DNA from: an uncultured Nitrospinota bacterium | Lineage (GTDB): Bacteria > Nitrospinota > Nitrospinia > Nitrospinales > JAJDAT01 | Length of the DNA: 64,000 nt | NCBI GenBank assembly: GCA_964344185.1 | Contig: CAYFMN010000009.1 | Span: 19,023 to 83,022 of the forward strand | Direction of reading: 5' to 3' | Shown here: piece after piece, positions 28,662-38,490 of the stretch | Position numbering within the stretch: the first letter of the stretch is position 1 | How the letters are laid out: every line of letters starts with the position of its first letter | Made by a program: the position numbers and the translations under genes | Notes under the pieces: generated by a model | Database searches by the model: none | Seen by the model: only the letters and a program-made list of their open reading frames with translations | Told to the model about the DNA's origin: nothing

Positions 28662-29123
28662 ATGAAGAAATTTGGATTAAAACTAACAGGTATTTTAACG
28701 AGTTTAATCTTAACGCTGGTGATTCATGCAATTGCGAGCGCAAAATCAAACCCGCCTTATACCTTATATAAAAATAATCTAAACCAGGGGATAGTAATTT
28801 ATCCTAGCGCAAGCCCTCAATTGGTAGATTTCGTAACAACACTCAATTTCAAAGAAGTTGATCATGGGCAAACGGTGATGAGATTTGGAACTAACAGGGA
28901 GAACTTAGCCCTGATGATGCCAGAAGCTGTCCAAAATAAGCACGGGATAAAGAAGTTTATACTAATCCAACGATTAAGTACCGATGAATATTTGGTTGGA
29001 GTTTACGACCCGGAATGGGGATTGACCTTACCCAGCCCTGTTTTTGGAATTGAAGAATTATTCACTAATATTCCCAAAACACTTAACGTGTTTAATAAAG
29101 TTAAAGAAGGGATAAAAACTTAA
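28662..29123 (+). CDS. hypothetical exported protein
   Basis: 153 aa; N-terminal signal peptide; no motif. Confidence 0.55.
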   Translation: MKKFGLKLTGILTSLILTLVIHAIASAKSNPPYTLYKNNLNQGIVIYPSASPQLVDFVTTLNFKEVDHGQTVMRFGTNRENLALMMPEAVQNKHGIKKFILIQRLSTDEYLVGVYDPEWGLTLPSPVFGIEELFTNIPKTLNVFNKVKEGIKT

Positions 29124-29139
29124 GTTTAGAGGAAAAACC

Positions 29140-29352
29140 ATGCCTTTTTACGACTACGAATGCGAAACATGTAAAGAGACTTTTGAAGTTTTACAGGGAG
29201 TGAACGACGAACCTCTAAAAAAATGCAATAAGGACATCTGCCCTAAAGAAAAAGAGGGAGGAATTCTTCATAAAGTAGTTACTAATATGAATTTCCATCT
29301 CTATGGATCAGGATTTTACTCCACTGACAATAAGAGAAAATACTTAAAATAA
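29140..29352 (+). CDS. FmdB-family zinc-ribbon protein
   Basis: 70 aa. MPFYDYECETC...KCNKDICP CxxC pairs. Confidence 0.7.
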   Translation: MPFYDYECETCKETFEVLQGVNDEPLKKCNKDICPKEKEGGILHKVVTNMNFHLYGSGFYSTDNKRKYLK

Positions 29353-29506
29353 TTTCTCTTTATCGATTAACTAAATCTCTATTTAGTGGCCGGTTTAGTT
29401 TAAACAACAAACTTAACCCTCTTATATTTTCTTGATATTAAAAATCAAACAAAATAATCTGCGCTGCCAAATAAATATTAAGCTATGATTTTTATAATGG
29501 AATGAA

Positions 29507-29917
29507 ATGATCTACGTAACAAGACGAGTGGATTTCTGCGCTAGCCACAGATTATTTAACCCCAAGTTTTCAGACGAAAAAAATGAAGCCATTTATGGCA
29601 ACTGTAGCAATCTAAACGGTCACGGGCATAACTACATATTAGACGTCACCATTAAAGGCGAAATCGATACTGAAACCGGTATGGTCATTGAGTTAAACGC
29701 TTTAAAAAAACTCATAAAGACTGAAGTTGCAGATTATATGGACCATAAAAATCTGAACATCGACGTAGAGTTCTTAAAAGACGTTAACCCGACAGTCGAA
29801 AATCTAGCCGTCATAATTTGGGAACGCTTAGAGTCAAAAATACCTAACGGTACTTTACACGAAATCAAGTTATTTGAAACCGAACGAAATTTTGCGGTGT
29901 ATCGAGGTGGAAAATAA
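29507..29917 (+). CDS. 6-pyruvoyl-/6-carboxy-tetrahydropterin synthase (COG0720, PTPS/QueD family)
   Basis: 136 aa. FCASHRL and [11 protein letters not shown] (Cys-x5-His-Gly-His) motifs. Overlaps the folE start (ATAATG). Confidence 0.9.
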   Translation: MIYVTRRVDFCASHRLFNPKFSDEKNEAIYGNCSNLNGHGHNYILDVTIKGEIDTETGMVIELNALKKLIKTEVADYMDHKNLNIDVEFLKDVNPTVENLAVIIWERLESKIPNGTLHEIKLFETERNFAVYRGGK

Positions 29918-30468
29918 TGAAGGATATAATACGTAACCAACTAATAGCCCTGGGAGAAGACCCATCCAGGGAAGGCTTGCAGAATACACCGGAACGGGTA
30001 GAAAAATCTCTTAAGTTTTTGACTAGCGGTTATTGGGTTAACATTGAAGAACTTGTAAACGAGGCCCTATTCGAGGAAGATTATAGCGAGATGGTGATTG
30101 TAAAAGACGTCGATTTTTATAGTCTTTGCGAACACCATATGCTTCCCTTTTTTGGAAAATGCCATGTAGCATATATCCCAAAAGGTAAAATTATTGGCCT
30201 TAGTAAAGTTCCAAGAATTATTGACGCTTTTTCAAGACGATTACAAGTGCAAGAAAGACTAACTAATGAAATAGCTAATTGCCTTAACGATATTTTAAAA
30301 CCTGAGGGCGTTGGGGTAATTTTAGAAGGCCTTCACCTTTGCATGGCTATGCGTGGGGTTCAAAAGCAAAGCTCTTATACGACCACAAGTTCTATGGTAG
30401 GATGCTTTAAAAACGATGAAAAGACTCGGGCAGAATTTTTAAGTTTAATCAACTCGAAAAACCGTTAA
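29917..30468 (+). CDS. folE: GTP cyclohydrolase I
   Basis: 183 aa. [10 protein letters not shown] and LQVQERLT motifs. Confidence 0.95.
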   Translation: MKDIIRNQLIALGEDPSREGLQNTPERVEKSLKFLTSGYWVNIEELVNEALFEEDYSEMVIVKDVDFYSLCEHHMLPFFGKCHVAYIPKGKIIGLSKVPRIIDAFSRRLQVQERLTNEIANCLNDILKPEGVGVILEGLHLCMAMRGVQKQSSYTTTSSMVGCFKNDEKTRAEFLSLINSKNR

Positions 30469-30538
30469 ATTTTAAAAACGCTTTTTAATGTATTGTCCTA
30501 AACTAATTTTATTTAATAAACCTTGAGACTATCGACCC

Positions 30539-31504
30539 TTGAGCGATAAAGATTATTTAGAAATTACTCTTGAGTCGACTCCATATATTCCAGAAATATT
30601 TGGAACTCAAGACGCGAACTTAAAACTTATAGAGAAATATTTCCAAGTAGCTATTACAGCCCGCGATAATAGCATTAAATTATCAGGCCCCTCCTCTTCT
30701 GTATCCAAAGTCGAACGTTTATTTCACCAACTGTTTGATCTTATGGATTCCGGTCATTCCGTTTTCAATGGCGATATTAAACACGCAATCCGGCTTTTTG
30801 CCGACGACGAGAATACCGATCTCAAGTCTATACTCTCAGAAAGAATTGTTTTACCTGGAAGGCAAACCCAAGTTATCCCAAAAGGGAAAAATCAAAAGAA
30901 CTTCATTCGTTGCATAAAAGATTCAAATATAACGATAGCCGTAGGTCCCGCCGGTACCGGTAAAACCTATTTGGCGGTAGCGCTAGCTGTGGAAGGCCTC
31001 TTAACCAAAAAGTTTAAACGTATTGTTTTAACGCGTCCCGCCGTTGAAGCTGGAGAAAGCTTAGGGTATCTTCCTGGGGATATTACAGAAAAAATCAACC
31101 CATACCTTATGCCATTATTTGACGCTCTTTACAATTTATTGGACCCACAAAGAGTGCAGCAAATGATCCAAGAAAATATTATTGAAATTGCTCCACTCGC
31201 TTACATGCGCGGCAGAACTCTGAGCGATTCTTTCATCATTTTAGACGAAGCCCAAAACTCAACTCAGGAACAGATGAAAATGTTTCTAACCAGGTTGGGT
31301 ACTAATTCAAAAATGGTCGTCACCGGCGATATTACACAAATCGATTTATCAAACCCTAAAAAATCCGGCTTGGTCGAAGCTAACGCCATCTTAAAAAATA
31401 TTGAAGAAATCAGCATAGTTAACTTCAGTCATACCGATGTAGTTCGCCATCCTATCGTCCAAAAAATCATCCAAGCCTACGACAAGAAATACTCCAAAGA
31501 ATAA
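30539..31504 (+). CDS. phoH: PhoH-like ATPase (PhoH/YbeZ)
   Basis: 321 aa. Walker A GPAGTGKTYLA, DEAQN, TGDITQIDL. TTG start. Confidence 0.9.
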   Translation: MSDKDYLEITLESTPYIPEIFGTQDANLKLIEKYFQVAITARDNSIKLSGPSSSVSKVERLFHQLFDLMDSGHSVFNGDIKHAIRLFADDENTDLKSILSERIVLPGRQTQVIPKGKNQKNFIRCIKDSNITIAVGPAGTGKTYLAVALAVEGLLTKKFKRIVLTRPAVEAGESLGYLPGDITEKINPYLMPLFDALYNLLDPQRVQQMIQENIIEIAPLAYMRGRTLSDSFIILDEAQNSTQEQMKMFLTRLGTNSKMVVTGDITQIDLSNPKKSGLVEANAILKNIEEISIVNFSHTDVVRHPIVQKIIQAYDKKYSKE

Positions 31505-31762
31505 GTTTTTTTACATCAACATTCGGTAGAAGCCGAAATTCGCCGTATGCGATGGAAAACCCATTCGCGCTTAAGGGACCATAACAAGGCCATAAGCCAC
31601 CCTTTTAGTACAGGGCGAGACGGTTGCATTTTGAATAATAATTCCTATTTAGGTGTATTTGGAAAAGACAGTTTGCAGGTGGGTTACCAGTTTTTCAGGC
31701 AAGAATATTAATGAAATTTTGTTGGAGGTAATCAATTTTAAGGATAAAACCTATTTCAACTT

Positions 31763-32122
31763 TCAAGTCATATCTCTACGGGTCACTATTCCAACAACCT
31801 TACCTTCTTTGGTTACGGCTAAATGCTTAATTTTTTTTATATGCATCTTTTCAGTGGCTTCAGATCTCGTTAATAAGTGATCCATCTTAATTAATGGCTT
31901 TGACATAACGGATGAGACCTGCGCCATTTTGGGGTCAACGCCTTTTGCAAGAGCTCTTCTAACCAGATCTGTGGACGTAACAATTCCTACGCAATCTCCG
32001 CCATCTTCAATTAAAATGGCGCTAATATCCATTTCTGCCATTAATTTTGCCGTTTCTTCAATCGTTTTATTTGACGGTACACTTTTAACAGGCGACGACA
32101 TAAAATCCCTAATTACATCCAT
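31763..32122 (-). CDS. CBS domain pair protein
   Basis: 119 aa. Two CBS repeats (VMSKPLIKM.., HLAVTKEGKVVGIVTRRD). Confidence 0.85.
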   Translation of the reverse strand: MDVIRDFMSSPVKSVPSNKTIEETAKLMAEMDISAILIEDGGDCVGIVTSTDLVRRALAKGVDPKMAQVSSVMSKPLIKMDHLLTRSEATEKMHIKKIKHLAVTKEGKVVGIVTRRDMT

Positions 32123-32374
32123 TGGAAACTCCTCTAATTTACAAACCAGCCTATTAATATGTATAACTCTTTGGCTGCTATTATTTAGGTCTACGAAAGA
32201 AACTTTTATTTTGATAGGATAAGCTATATTTCAATTTAAAATCCATTTTTTTCTTGCCTTATTTATTATCTAATTTTTCTTACTATTTTGACACCCCAAA
32301 ACATGGCTTAAACCGATTTTTTAAGGTAAAATAACGCCAAAATTATTCTTAACCAAAATTTTACAGGAAATTCT

Positions 32375-33901
32375 TTGATTTCTCGAATTCTCAGTGGAGC
32401 CACTCAAGGCATTGACGGTTATTTAGTCGAAGTGGAAGCGAATATTGGCATGGAGGCACCCGGTATTTTTATAGTCGGCCTGCCAGACGCCGCAGTTAAA
32501 GAAAGCACAGACAGAGTAACGGCCGCTCTGAAAAATACCCGATTTGAAATGCCATTTGGGCGGATAACAATCAATCTTGCTCCCGCAGATATAAAGAAAG
32601 AAGGCTCGGCGTTTGATCTTCCTATCGCTCTTGGAATACTTGCCGCTGATGGAATTATTAAAAAGGAACGGCTAGATAGATTTCTTATTTTAGGGGAACT
32701 TTCTTTAGACGGACGGGTGAAACCTGTTAAAGGAGCTTTATCGGTCGCATCTATGGCAAAAGAAAAAGGCGTTTCGGGAGTCATATTGCCAAAAGCCAAC
32801 GTCAATGAGGCGGCGGTTGTCGATGGTGTCGATATTTATCCCGTAGAAACTTTGCGGTCCGCTTTAGAGTTTGTTGATGGAGAAACTCAGATAGAACCCG
32901 TTTCAATCAATATACGCCAGGAGTTTTTTAACCGTTCTTCTTATGAGCTAGATTTGGCCGATGTCAAAGGTCAACAACATGTTAAGCGCGCATTAGAGAT
33001 CTCCGCTGCGGGAGGCCATAACATCCTGCTCATTGGCCCACCAGGAAGCGGTAAATCAATGCTGGCAAAACGAATTCCTTCTATCCTTCCTTCGTTCTCT
33101 TTAGAAGAAGCTATCGAAACTACAAAAATTCATAGCACGGCGGGAAGACTGCAAAACGGGTTGCTAACGACAAGGCCTTTTCGTTCTCCGCATCACACCA
33201 TATCCGATGCGGGATTGATTGGCGGCGGTCGCAACCCAATGCCTGGGGAAGTATCGATGGCAAATAATGGAGTTCTATTTTTGGACGAACTGCCAGAATT
33301 TAAAAGGAATGTCCTGGAGGTTTTGCGACAACCATTGGAAGATGGAAACGTAACCATTTCAAGATCTGCCGGTTCTTTAACTTACCCGGCAAACTTTATG
33401 TTAGTAGCGGCAATGAACCCCTGCCCTTGCGGCTATAAAACCGATCCGAAACGAGAATGTAATTGCTCCCCTCTAAATATTAAGAAATACCTGTCCAAGA
33501 TATCTGGACCGTTATTAGATAGGATCGATCTTCATATCGAAGTTCCGACGTTAGAATATAAAGAATTATCTAACGAATCTGGGGGAACGCCGTCGTTCCA
33601 GATTAGAGAGCACGTTGAAGCAACACGACAGAAGCAACTAAACAGGTTTAAAGAAACTGAAGTTTTTTCTAACGCACAAATGGGTACAAAACAACTAAGA
33701 GAATATTGTCAATTAGATGAAGGCGGCAAATCGATTATGGAAATGGCAATAGATAAATTAGGGCTCAGCGCCCGCGCCCATGATCGTATCTTAAAAGTCG
33801 CCAGAACTATAGCCGACTTAGCTGGTTCAGAATCCCTCCTCCCCGAACACCTCGCCGAAGCCATCCAATATCGAACATTGGATAGAGAAAGTTTTATTTA
33901 A
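32375..33901 (+). CDS. comM: Mg-chelatase-like ATPase YifB/ComM
   Basis: 508 aa. Lon-like N-domain, Walker [23 protein letters not shown]-terminal HTH-like region. Confidence 0.9.
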   Translation: MISRILSGATQGIDGYLVEVEANIGMEAPGIFIVGLPDAAVKESTDRVTAALKNTRFEMPFGRITINLAPADIKKEGSAFDLPIALGILAADGIIKKERLDRFLILGELSLDGRVKPVKGALSVASMAKEKGVSGVILPKANVNEAAVVDGVDIYPVETLRSALEFVDGETQIEPVSINIRQEFFNRSSYELDLADVKGQQHVKRALEISAAGGHNILLIGPPGSGKSMLAKRIPSILPSFSLEEAIETTKIHSTAGRLQNGLLTTRPFRSPHHTISDAGLIGGGRNPMPGEVSMANNGVLFLDELPEFKRNVLEVLRQPLEDGNVTISRSAGSLTYPANFMLVAAMNPCPCGYKTDPKRECNCSPLNIKKYLSKISGPLLDRIDLHIEVPTLEYKELSNESGGTPSFQIREHVEATRQKQLNRFKETEVFSNAQMGTKQLREYCQLDEGGKSIMEMAIDKLGLSARAHDRILKVARTIADLAGSESLLPEHLAEAIQYRTLDRESFI

Positions 33902-34016
33902 CCCTCATCCCCAACTTTTACTTAAGTAATATTTGACAATCATCTAATCATCGTATAAAACCGAGAATCGTTTTCAAATACAAGAATAACTAACATATAG
34001 GCTCCATTTCTCAATA

Positions 34017-34859
34017 ATGCTCTATAAGTTACGCTTTTACTTACTAATTTTATTCCTATTGGGAATAACGGCCCCTCCCTTCTCATTGGCCGAGCCTAGA
34101 AAAAACACACCCACAACGGTTCCGCAGCCTATTCAGGAAATGTTTCAATCTAATTTGGTCTACCCGCAAGAAGAGGATGAAATTCAATTGCCCCTTTTTC
34201 CTTCATTTAGGAAGGATAATAACTCCGAAAGATCGCGAACTTTATTTGAAGTCGAATATGGAATTACCGACGCTTTTCAAATCATTTTAGAATGGGATGG
34301 CCTCGTGTATAAAAACCCAGACAACAACTCCACCCATTCCGGTCCAGGCGATATAGAGCTTGGCGCTTAATACAGTTGGATGGCGCTGAGCGACGGCAAC
34401 ACCCATTTTTCTTTTGGAACTTTAGTTGAGCTTCCTGTCGGTCCTGTAGATAACGGCCTAACTGAAGGTTCAGTGGAAGTACAACCATTTGCAGTTTTGG
34501 CTAGAGACTTCCCTAAATTGAATCAAAGTCAAATTTTTTTTGAGCTTGGTTTTAACTGGGTGAATCAAACTCGAAGCGTTCCTGATCCTGATCCTGAAAT
34601 CGACAGTATTTTATGGAATGTGGGAGCCTTCTTTCCCTATCAATCCTGAAGAGCAACAATAGAAATTAACGGAAGCAACAACGAATGGGATGGTGGAGAC
34701 GAAAATGAAATTTTTGTAACGCCGGGCGTGATTTACAAACTCTCCAGGGAGTGGGAAATTGGCGTGGCTGCTCCTATTGGAGTAACGAACACTTCGGATG
34801 ACTATCGAGTTGTTGGATACTTAATGTGGGAGTTTGAATTAGATGAAGAAGACGATTAA
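34017..34859 (+). pseudogene. outer-membrane beta-barrel protein (MetA-pathway/transporter-like family, tentative) interrupted by in-frame TAA (34368-34370) and TGA (34647-34649)
   Basis: Three consecutive ORFs (34017-34370, 34371/34380-34649, 34650-34859) are all in the same frame. Signal peptide at the N-terminus, alternating beta-strand patterns, aromatic-rich C-terminal strand (VVGYLMWEF). Confidence 0.7.
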
Positions 34860-35360
34860 CTAAGGTTTTTTCAAATTCCATTCGTCGTTCATTTCTTCAT
34901 TCATAGTATTTTGATTAACCAAATCGGTATATTTACCTTCCAGTCGCTCGAACCGTCTTAAGACTATTTTCAATAGTTGATCTTTTATCTTGGCGAGTAG
35001 ACGTCCGTCTAAGTTTTGCAAAGTATATGGTTTAAGGACCATGATTACGCTAGTTTTCTCCGCCGTAACGCTGGAGGTTCTCTTGCCTTTTCTAAGAAGG
35101 GTCATTTCGCCAAAAATAGCTCCTTCATTTAATACGGCCAATGTCAATTCATCGCCAGAAGTTTGCTTACTGACTCGGACAGTCCCTTTCAATAGGATAT
35201 ATAGGGCGGTGTCTCTCTCGCCTTCCTGGATGATCCTATCGTTTTCCGAATATTTATAAAAATGTCTCTGGTCAGACGCTAAACTTTCCAATTCCTCCCT
35301 TTTAAAATCTTCAAAAAAAGGAATGCCTTCCAACCAGCGGACTATGGTATCTACTTCCAC
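34860..35360 (-). CDS. stand-alone cyclic nucleotide-binding domain protein
   Basis: 166 aa. GAIFGEMTLLRKGKRTS. Third paralog of the 16.3-17.5 kb pair. Confidence 0.8.
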   Translation of the reverse strand: MEVDTIVRWLEGIPFFEDFKREELESLASDQRHFYKYSENDRIIQEGERDTALYILLKGTVRVSKQTSGDELTLAVLNEGAIFGEMTLLRKGKRTSSVTAEKTSVIMVLKPYTLQNLDGRLLAKIKDQLLKIVLRRFERLEGKYTDLVNQNTMNEEMNDEWNLKKP

Positions 35361-35497
35361 AATCTTATTTTCAACCTTTTGTCTTCAAAATTTAGATTTA
35401 CCACAAAACAACGCATTAATTTCTTTTTTATCAAAAAGTTAGAAAAGGATCAACTATGAATTTTAGAACGTAACTTTAAAATAGCCGATAGAGGCTT

Positions 35498-36916
35498 TTA
35501 TAATCCTGCGGCGTCTCTCTTTTGACGTTTCATATATTTCAAAGTCATTTCTTTATCCCCTTTACTATAAAAATAATACATAAAAAATTGATCGCTCTTT
35601 GATTTATCTTGGCTAATAAACGTCTCAACCATTTTTTTAGCTAACGACCAGTTTGGAACATATTCAACCAAAAAAGCTGTCGCGTTACCTGCTATGGGAT
35701 TCGTCACAAGCGAGTCGATTTCTTTTTTTCCTTTTTCCTGTTCAAAACCAGGAGGCCAGGGATTATAAACTCCAATCAAGGCAAAAAAAATGGATATAGC
35801 TAATACTCCTTTAAAGAGCTTTAGATTTTTATTTTCCAGCGCTACAGGTACAAACAATAAAAGAATAGGAATTATTGGAATCAAATAACGAAACCCATAA
35901 GACCAACCGCCATATGAACCGACAAATATGATATGTCCGAGAATAAAAAAAATACACGCGCCTATTAAACTTCCAGTCCAACGTTTGGGAAAAATTTTTT
36001 CTTGCTTGTAAGCTTTTACTATCCCAATCACTCCAAAAAATAAAACTGGGGAAACAGTAAAAAAACCGTGCGATCCAAATAAACATTCAACTGGATACAA
36101 ATAACTTTCTGGCAACAAAACTCCAAACACGCTAGAGGAAAAAGCGCTGCTGTAATCATGTCCTTCAGAAACAAATTTGGGAGGTAACAAACGCCCTGCT
36201 GTAAAGTAATTTGCAGCTATAAACACACCAACGAAAAACGCTAATGAAACAAGGAGCGCTTTTATCCCTTGAGCGCTTTTTGAATCATAGAGGATTAAAA
36301 CAATAACTGGAATAAAAACTAACCCTGGGACGATATCGATACAAAACGCTACTCCTAAGCAAACGGCCGCCAAATAAGCGCGTTCTAACAAAGCGTAATA
36401 TAACGACGAAAAAATTAAGGCGGCGGCTATGGTGTGATTATTAAAGGTAGACGAAAAACTCGTTAATAACGTACCGGTCAACAAAGCTAAGGCAAGTAAA
36501 TTTCTTATCTTTGATCCAATATCTTGATAAATACCAAGAGCGCAATAAAATTGAGCAACCAGAAAAGAGGTTGCGCCTCCAACGATTATCAACGTTAAAA
36601 GATAAACTACGATTTCCTCATCTTCCTTAAACGTGATTCCAAAAATTTGTTTAAGAATCCAATAAACTCCAGCTCCAATTATTCCCAATACAGGAGGTTT
36701 ATTTGAATATTCATGACCGTCTATTATTACCTTATCTCGCGTCCATCGGTATTGGGATTGGTTGATTTCTGAAGTTCCATAATCGACAAGCGATTCAATA
36801 TGGGCAAAGCGCGAGGCGTCGTTTCCCGCCAAGAAAACATGGCTATGGACGATTAAACTGCAAAAAATAAAAGATAGTAAAAAGACCTTATAGAAAAACT
36901 TATCTTTTAATTGCAT
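35498..36916 (-). CDS. polytopic membrane protein, GT-C-type glycosyltransferase-like (ArnT/PMT-like, tentative)
   Basis: 472 aa with more than 10 TM segments. Periplasmic-loop motif NDASRFAHIESL..YSNKPPVLG near the N-terminus. Confidence 0.5.
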   Translation of the reverse strand: MQLKDKFFYKVFLLSFIFCSLIVHSHVFLAGNDASRFAHIESLVDYGTSEINQSQYRWTRDKVIIDGHEYSNKPPVLGIIGAGVYWILKQIFGITFKEDEEIVVYLLTLIIVGGATSFLVAQFYCALGIYQDIGSKIRNLLALALLTGTLLTSFSSTFNNHTIAAALIFSSLYYALLERAYLAAVCLGVAFCIDIVPGLVFIPVIVLILYDSKSAQGIKALLVSLAFFVGVFIAANYFTAGRLLPPKFVSEGHDYSSAFSSSVFGVLLPESYLYPVECLFGSHGFFTVSPVLFFGVIGIVKAYKQEKIFPKRWTGSLIGACIFFILGHIIFVGSYGGWSYGFRYLIPIIPILLLFVPVALENKNLKLFKGVLAISIFFALIGVYNPWPPGFEQEKGKKEIDSLVTNPIAGNATAFLVEYVPNWSLAKKMVETFISQDKSKSDQFFMYYFYSKGDKEMTLKYMKRQKRDAAGL

Positions 36917-37027
36917 TAATCAAAATTATAGAGATGATATTTGGCATATAACCAGGGAGGAAACAGTATGGCCAAACTCAAATTTTATTTGAGTTAAAAC
37001 CTAAGCGCAGGACTGATAGGAAATAAG

Positions 37028-37045
37028 CCCCCGCTAAAAGCGGGG
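37028..37045 (-). terminator. hairpin downstream of fliN
   Basis: On the minus strand: CCCCGC-TTTTA-GCGGGG followed by GCTTATTTCC, a weak T-tract. Confidence 0.45.
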
Positions 37046-37067
37046 AAATAAAGCGAAATAAAACCTC

Positions 37068-37454
37068 CTACGACAATGATTGAACTCTTTCCAGGGGAGA
37101 AACAATGTCAGTAAGACGAATACCAAATTTCTCGTTAACAACAACAACTTCACCACGAGCAACCAGTTTCTGGTTTACCAATACTTCCAATGGTTCGCCT
37201 ACAAGCTTGGTTAATTCAACAACCGATCCTTGATTTAGCTGCAATAAATCATTGATGAGCATTTTGGTTCTACCAAGCTCAACAGTTACGGTTAGCGGAA
37301 TATCTAAAATTAGATCGAGGTTTTTAGTTTCTTCTTTCGCGGCAACGGCTCCTCCGCTGTCAAAATCGTCGCCTAAAGATTCCTCGCCATCAAGGTCGCC
37401 AATATCCCCTAAATCTTCGATAAAATCGGCATCTCCATCCAAACTATCTTCCAT
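37068..37454 (-). CDS. fliN: flagellar motor switch protein FliN
   Basis: 128 aa. Acidic N-terminus and SpoA-fold C-terminus (LTVTVELGRTKMLINDLLQL..GEVVVVNEKFGIRLTDI). Confidence 0.9.
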   Translation of the reverse strand: MEDSLDGDADFIEDLGDIGDLDGEESLGDDFDSGGAVAAKEETKNLDLILDIPLTVTVELGRTKMLINDLLQLNQGSVVELTKLVGEPLEVLVNQKLVARGEVVVVNEKFGIRLTDIVSPLERVQSLS

Positions 37455-37457
37455 GGT

Positions 37458-38438
37458 TTACCCTTCCCTTTCGATAATATCGGTTATTTGAACGGCTTTA
37501 GCCCCGCGCGATACGCCGGGGAACCCTTTAAATTTCTTAACGTCTTCTACGGTCACTTGCAAAGGATCTGAAACATCGTTACCTAAAACAATCGTTTCTC
37601 CAACCTTCATTTTTAACAAGTCCCGGGTACTTACAACAATCTTGCCAAGTTCGACCACCACCTCTACCTCGGCTTGCAATAATTGGGTACGCAAACGCCT
37701 CATCCACGCCTGATCGACTTCTACTTGCTCACTCTGGAAGTTTTCCCTCAGTTTAGGCATGATAGGCTCGACGGTTACATAAGGTATACAGACCGTAATA
37801 GTTCCAGAAAATCCTTCCATTTCCACTTCAAATAAAATAACTAAAACAACGTCAGTCGGAGGAACAATGGCGGCGAATTGGGGGTTTACTTCGGATCGAA
37901 CATAATTAACGCTAACGGCATGAACCGGCTTCCAAGCCTTTTCAAAATCTTCAAGCGCTTTAACAACAACGCTTTTGGTCATTCTAATTTCAATGGCGCT
38001 AAAATCGCGACCTACGATTTTTAGTTTGGAAGAACCCGTTCCGCCAAAAAAAGTATCCACTAAAGAAAAAACAAGTTTACTTTCCACTACTACCAAACCA
38101 TGACCGCGAAGCGGTTCCATACGGAAAACATGGAGACTTGAAGGAACTGGAAGCGATTTTAGAAATTCCCCAAACTTAACCGTATCGGTCGAAACGGTAC
38201 TCACATCTGCAGATTTTCTAAGTAAGGTGGAAAGGGAGTTTCGAAACAACCGAGAAAACATTTGGTTAATAATATCCAAAGTGGGTAATCGTCCTCGAAT
38301 AATCTTTTCCTGACTTGAAAGATCATAAGGAACAACTCCGGATACTTCTTCCGGTTGATCGCTTTCTGTCTCTATATCGCCTTCGCCAACTCCACGTAGT
38401 AAGGCGTCAACTTCATTTTGAGAAAGGACTTCGCTCAT
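37458..38438 (-). CDS. fliM: flagellar motor switch protein FliM
   Basis: 326 aa. N-terminal LSQNEVDALL CheY-P binding motif. Confidence 0.9.
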   Translation of the reverse strand: MSEVLSQNEVDALLRGVGEGDIETESDQPEEVSGVVPYDLSSQEKIIRGRLPTLDIINQMFSRLFRNSLSTLLRKSADVSTVSTDTVKFGEFLKSLPVPSSLHVFRMEPLRGHGLVVVESKLVFSLVDTFFGGTGSSKLKIVGRDFSAIEIRMTKSVVVKALEDFEKAWKPVHAVSVNYVRSEVNPQFAAIVPPTDVVLVILFEVEMEGFSGTITVCIPYVTVEPIMPKLRENFQSEQVEVDQAWMRRLRTQLLQAEVEVVVELGKIVVSTRDLLKMKVGETIVLGNDVSDPLQVTVEDVKKFKGFPGVSRGAKAVQITDIIEREG

Positions 38439-38490
38439 AGTTTCAATCTAAAAAAATTGATAGCAATGTCTCCTAACTATTGTACCTCAA

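Noticed and set aside
29380-29506. preQ1 riboswitch upstream of the COG0720/folE pair
   Set aside because: The hairpin GGTTTAGTTT-AAACAAC-AAACTTAACC does not match the preQ1-I/II layout (short P1 plus an A-rich tail forming a pseudoknot). It is more simply a terminator-like structure after the zinc-ribbon gene.
34647-34649. Alternative genetic code (TGA or TAA reassigned) as the explanation for the in-frame stops
   Set aside because: Other genes end at TGA or TAA at canonical lengths. For example, sucC stops at TGA 22326-22328 overlapping the sucD ATG, and folE stops at TAA. Reassignment would fuse many ORFs. The in-frame stops are confined to two genes.
34647-34649. Selenocysteine at the in-frame TGA of the barrel gene
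   Set aside because: The position lies in a beta-barrel strand or loop, not a redox Cys site. I see no SECIS-like hairpin immediately downstream, and the same gene also carries a TAA.
35484-35491. GCCGATAG (sigma-28 -10-like) on the plus strand
   Set aside because: No TAAA at the required -35 distance (AGAA/TAGA instead). It points into the 3' end of a convergent gene, so there is no plausible target transcript.
36968-36997. 9-codon ORF (MAKLKFYLS) with a strong GGGAGG SD in the spacer downstream of fliN
   Set aside because: It lies on the strand opposite to all neighbouring genes, inside a hairpin (AACTCAAA/TTTGAGTT) that is more likely part of the fliN or glycosyltransferase 3' structure. 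There is no way to support it from sequence alone.
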